Shown piece after piece: positions 13,276 to 14,429 of a stretch of 14,429 nt of DNA (positions within the stretch are counted from its first letter, which is position 1; each line of letters starts with the position of its first letter). The notes below the pieces were generated by a model that was not told where the DNA came from, ran no database searches, and worked only from the letters and a program-made list of their open reading frames with translations. The stretch spans positions 1-14,429 of the forward strand of contig JBKJJJ010000045.1 in NCBI GenBank assembly GCA_046598045.1. Reading direction: 5' to 3'. Source of the DNA: Candidatus Eiseniibacteriota bacterium (GTDB taxonomy: Bacteria; Eisenbacteria; RBG-16-71-46; DASYSL01). Position numbers and translations under genes: made by a program.

Positions 13276-14229
13276 TCAGGGCGCGGCCGCTGCTTGGGGA
13301 GAGTTCGAGAGGGCGCGCAGGACGAGCAATCCTCCGGCGGCAGTGAGCAGCCGGATCCCCACCACCGGCCAGAATACGACCCCCACCGGCGCGAACAGGA
13401 GCGTGTCTTCGACGATCGCGTGGCAGAGCACGAGCGCGAGGCAGAGCCGCCCGACCTGGTCCTCGTCGAGTCCCTCCTCCTCCACCCGGGTCAGGATCAC
13501 GCCCGCGCCGTAGACCAGCCCGAAGAACAGTCCCGCCAGCAGCGCCTCCGACGCGCGCTCGTCGAAGCCGAGGAACGCGAGCACCGGCTTGAGCGGCCGG
13601 CGCAGGCGGGCGAGCGCGCCGAGGCCCTGCAGCACCTCGAGCAGGAACACGATCGGGACCAGGATTGCGAACAGGAAGAGGAGCGACTTGCCGCCGTCCA
13701 CGAACAGGTCGTAGAGCAGGCCGTGCGCCGCCCCCGGCGTCCCTCCGGCGATCGTCGCCGCCCCCGGCCACGCGTGCGCGAACGCGGGCCCGAGGACGAG
13801 CCCGGCCGCGAGCCCGGCGCCGATCCGCAGCGAGATCCAGAGCCACGCCCGGCGCGACAGCTTGAGCACGAGTGCGCCCTCGACCAGCAGGTTGTGGGCG
13901 AAGCCGAGCATGAGCGCGAGCGTCGTCGCCTGCCCGGGCGAGAGCGCGATGCCGGCGCAGGCCGCGATCGCGGCGTAGATGTTGATCGTCGCCCCGAGTA
14001 CGAGCACGAGCGCCGCGTCGCCGGGCAGCCCGAACACGCCCATCGCCGGCGCCATGTGGAGCGCAATCCACGGGAGGACGGGTGTGTGCTCGAGGAGCGT
14101 GATCGCGGCATAGATCGGCGCGACGATCTTGAACAGGCGTGCGTAAGCGCCCAGCGCCTTCGTGAGCGCGTGCCGGGCGAGCGTCAAGCGAGCGACGACC
14201 AGAGATGGATCGCGGCGTACCCCCGCCAT
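13276..14229 (-). CDS. Nucleoside-recognition (Gate) domain inner-membrane protein
   Basis: Many hydrophobic helices in two internally similar halves (APAMGVFGLP...AHNLLVE and KPVLAFLGF...GLVYGAGVI...CHAIVEDTLLF). Start at ATG 14229 is tentative and overlaps the alkA end. Confidence 0.75.
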   Translation of the reverse strand: MAGVRRDPSLVVARLTLARHALTKALGAYARLFKIVAPIYAAITLLEHTPVLPWIALHMAPAMGVFGLPGDAALVLVLGATINIYAAIAACAGIALSPGQATTLALMLGFAHNLLVEGALVLKLSRRAWLWISLRIGAGLAAGLVLGPAFAHAWPGAATIAGGTPGAAHGLLYDLFVDGGKSLLFLFAILVPIVFLLEVLQGLGALARLRRPLKPVLAFLGFDERASEALLAGLFFGLVYGAGVILTRVEEEGLDEDQVGRLCLALVLCHAIVEDTLLFAPVGVVFWPVVGIRLLTAAGGLLVLRALSNSPQAAAAP

Positions 14230-14429
14230 GGCCGCCAGCGCTCGGCGCGCGCGAGCAGTTGCGCCTCGGTGAGCGGCGGCTTGCCGCGCGCCGCGAGCGC
14301 CTTGCGCAGGCCGAGGTCGCTCGCCGGGAAGGCGTCCGGCTCGCCGGGGCCGCGCAGCCCGACGTAGTGCGCGGTCCCCGGCCCGATGCCGGGCATGGCG
14401 CACATCGCGGCGACCGCGGTCTCGAGGTC
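14184..14429 (-). CDS. alkA: DNA-3-methyladenine glycosylase II (AlkA/HhH-GPD family), C-terminal part
   Basis: HhH motif MPGIGPGTAHY, DAFPASDLGL with the catalytic Asp, and AERWRPWRGYAAIHLW. The frame is open to the window edge. Confidence 0.88.
   Translation of the reverse strand, partial: DLETAVAAMCAMPGIGPGTAHYVGLRGPGEPDAFPASDLGLRKALAARGKPPLTEAQLLARAERWRPWRGYAAIHLWSSLA

Noticed and set aside
139..14367. Many long plus-strand ORFs (e.g. 139..1062, 1131..2603, 3072..4622, 6708..8579, 8522..9967, 10028..11632, 11449..13170, 13180..14367)
   Set aside because: They lie antisense to well-recognised minus-strand genes and show no family motifs. Long stop-free shadow frames are expected at this GC content.

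Overview
High-GC bacterial housekeeping region in which every supported gene lies on the minus strand. In transcription order (right to left): 3' end of an AlkA-type DNA glycosylase, a nucleoside-recognition (Gate) membrane protein, tRNA-Val(GAC), thrS, a structured leader, infC-rpmI-rplT-pheS-pheT, a ZapB-like coiled-coil gene, zapA, 6S RNA, folD, xseA-xseB, ispA, a DUF212 divergent-PAP2 gene and the 5' part of dxs. I see no mobile element, CRISPR array or unknown multi-gene system. The long plus-strand ORFs are antisense shadows. The most interesting signals are regulatory: (1) an L20-leader-like attenuator before an infC that starts at AUC; (2) a near-consensus sigma70 promoter embedded in pheT; (3) a 6S RNA flanked by extra hairpins and placed directly before folD; (4) a possible tRNA-Thr anticodon mimic in the thrS leader. 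Start codons, pairings and promoters were read by eye and have not been computed.
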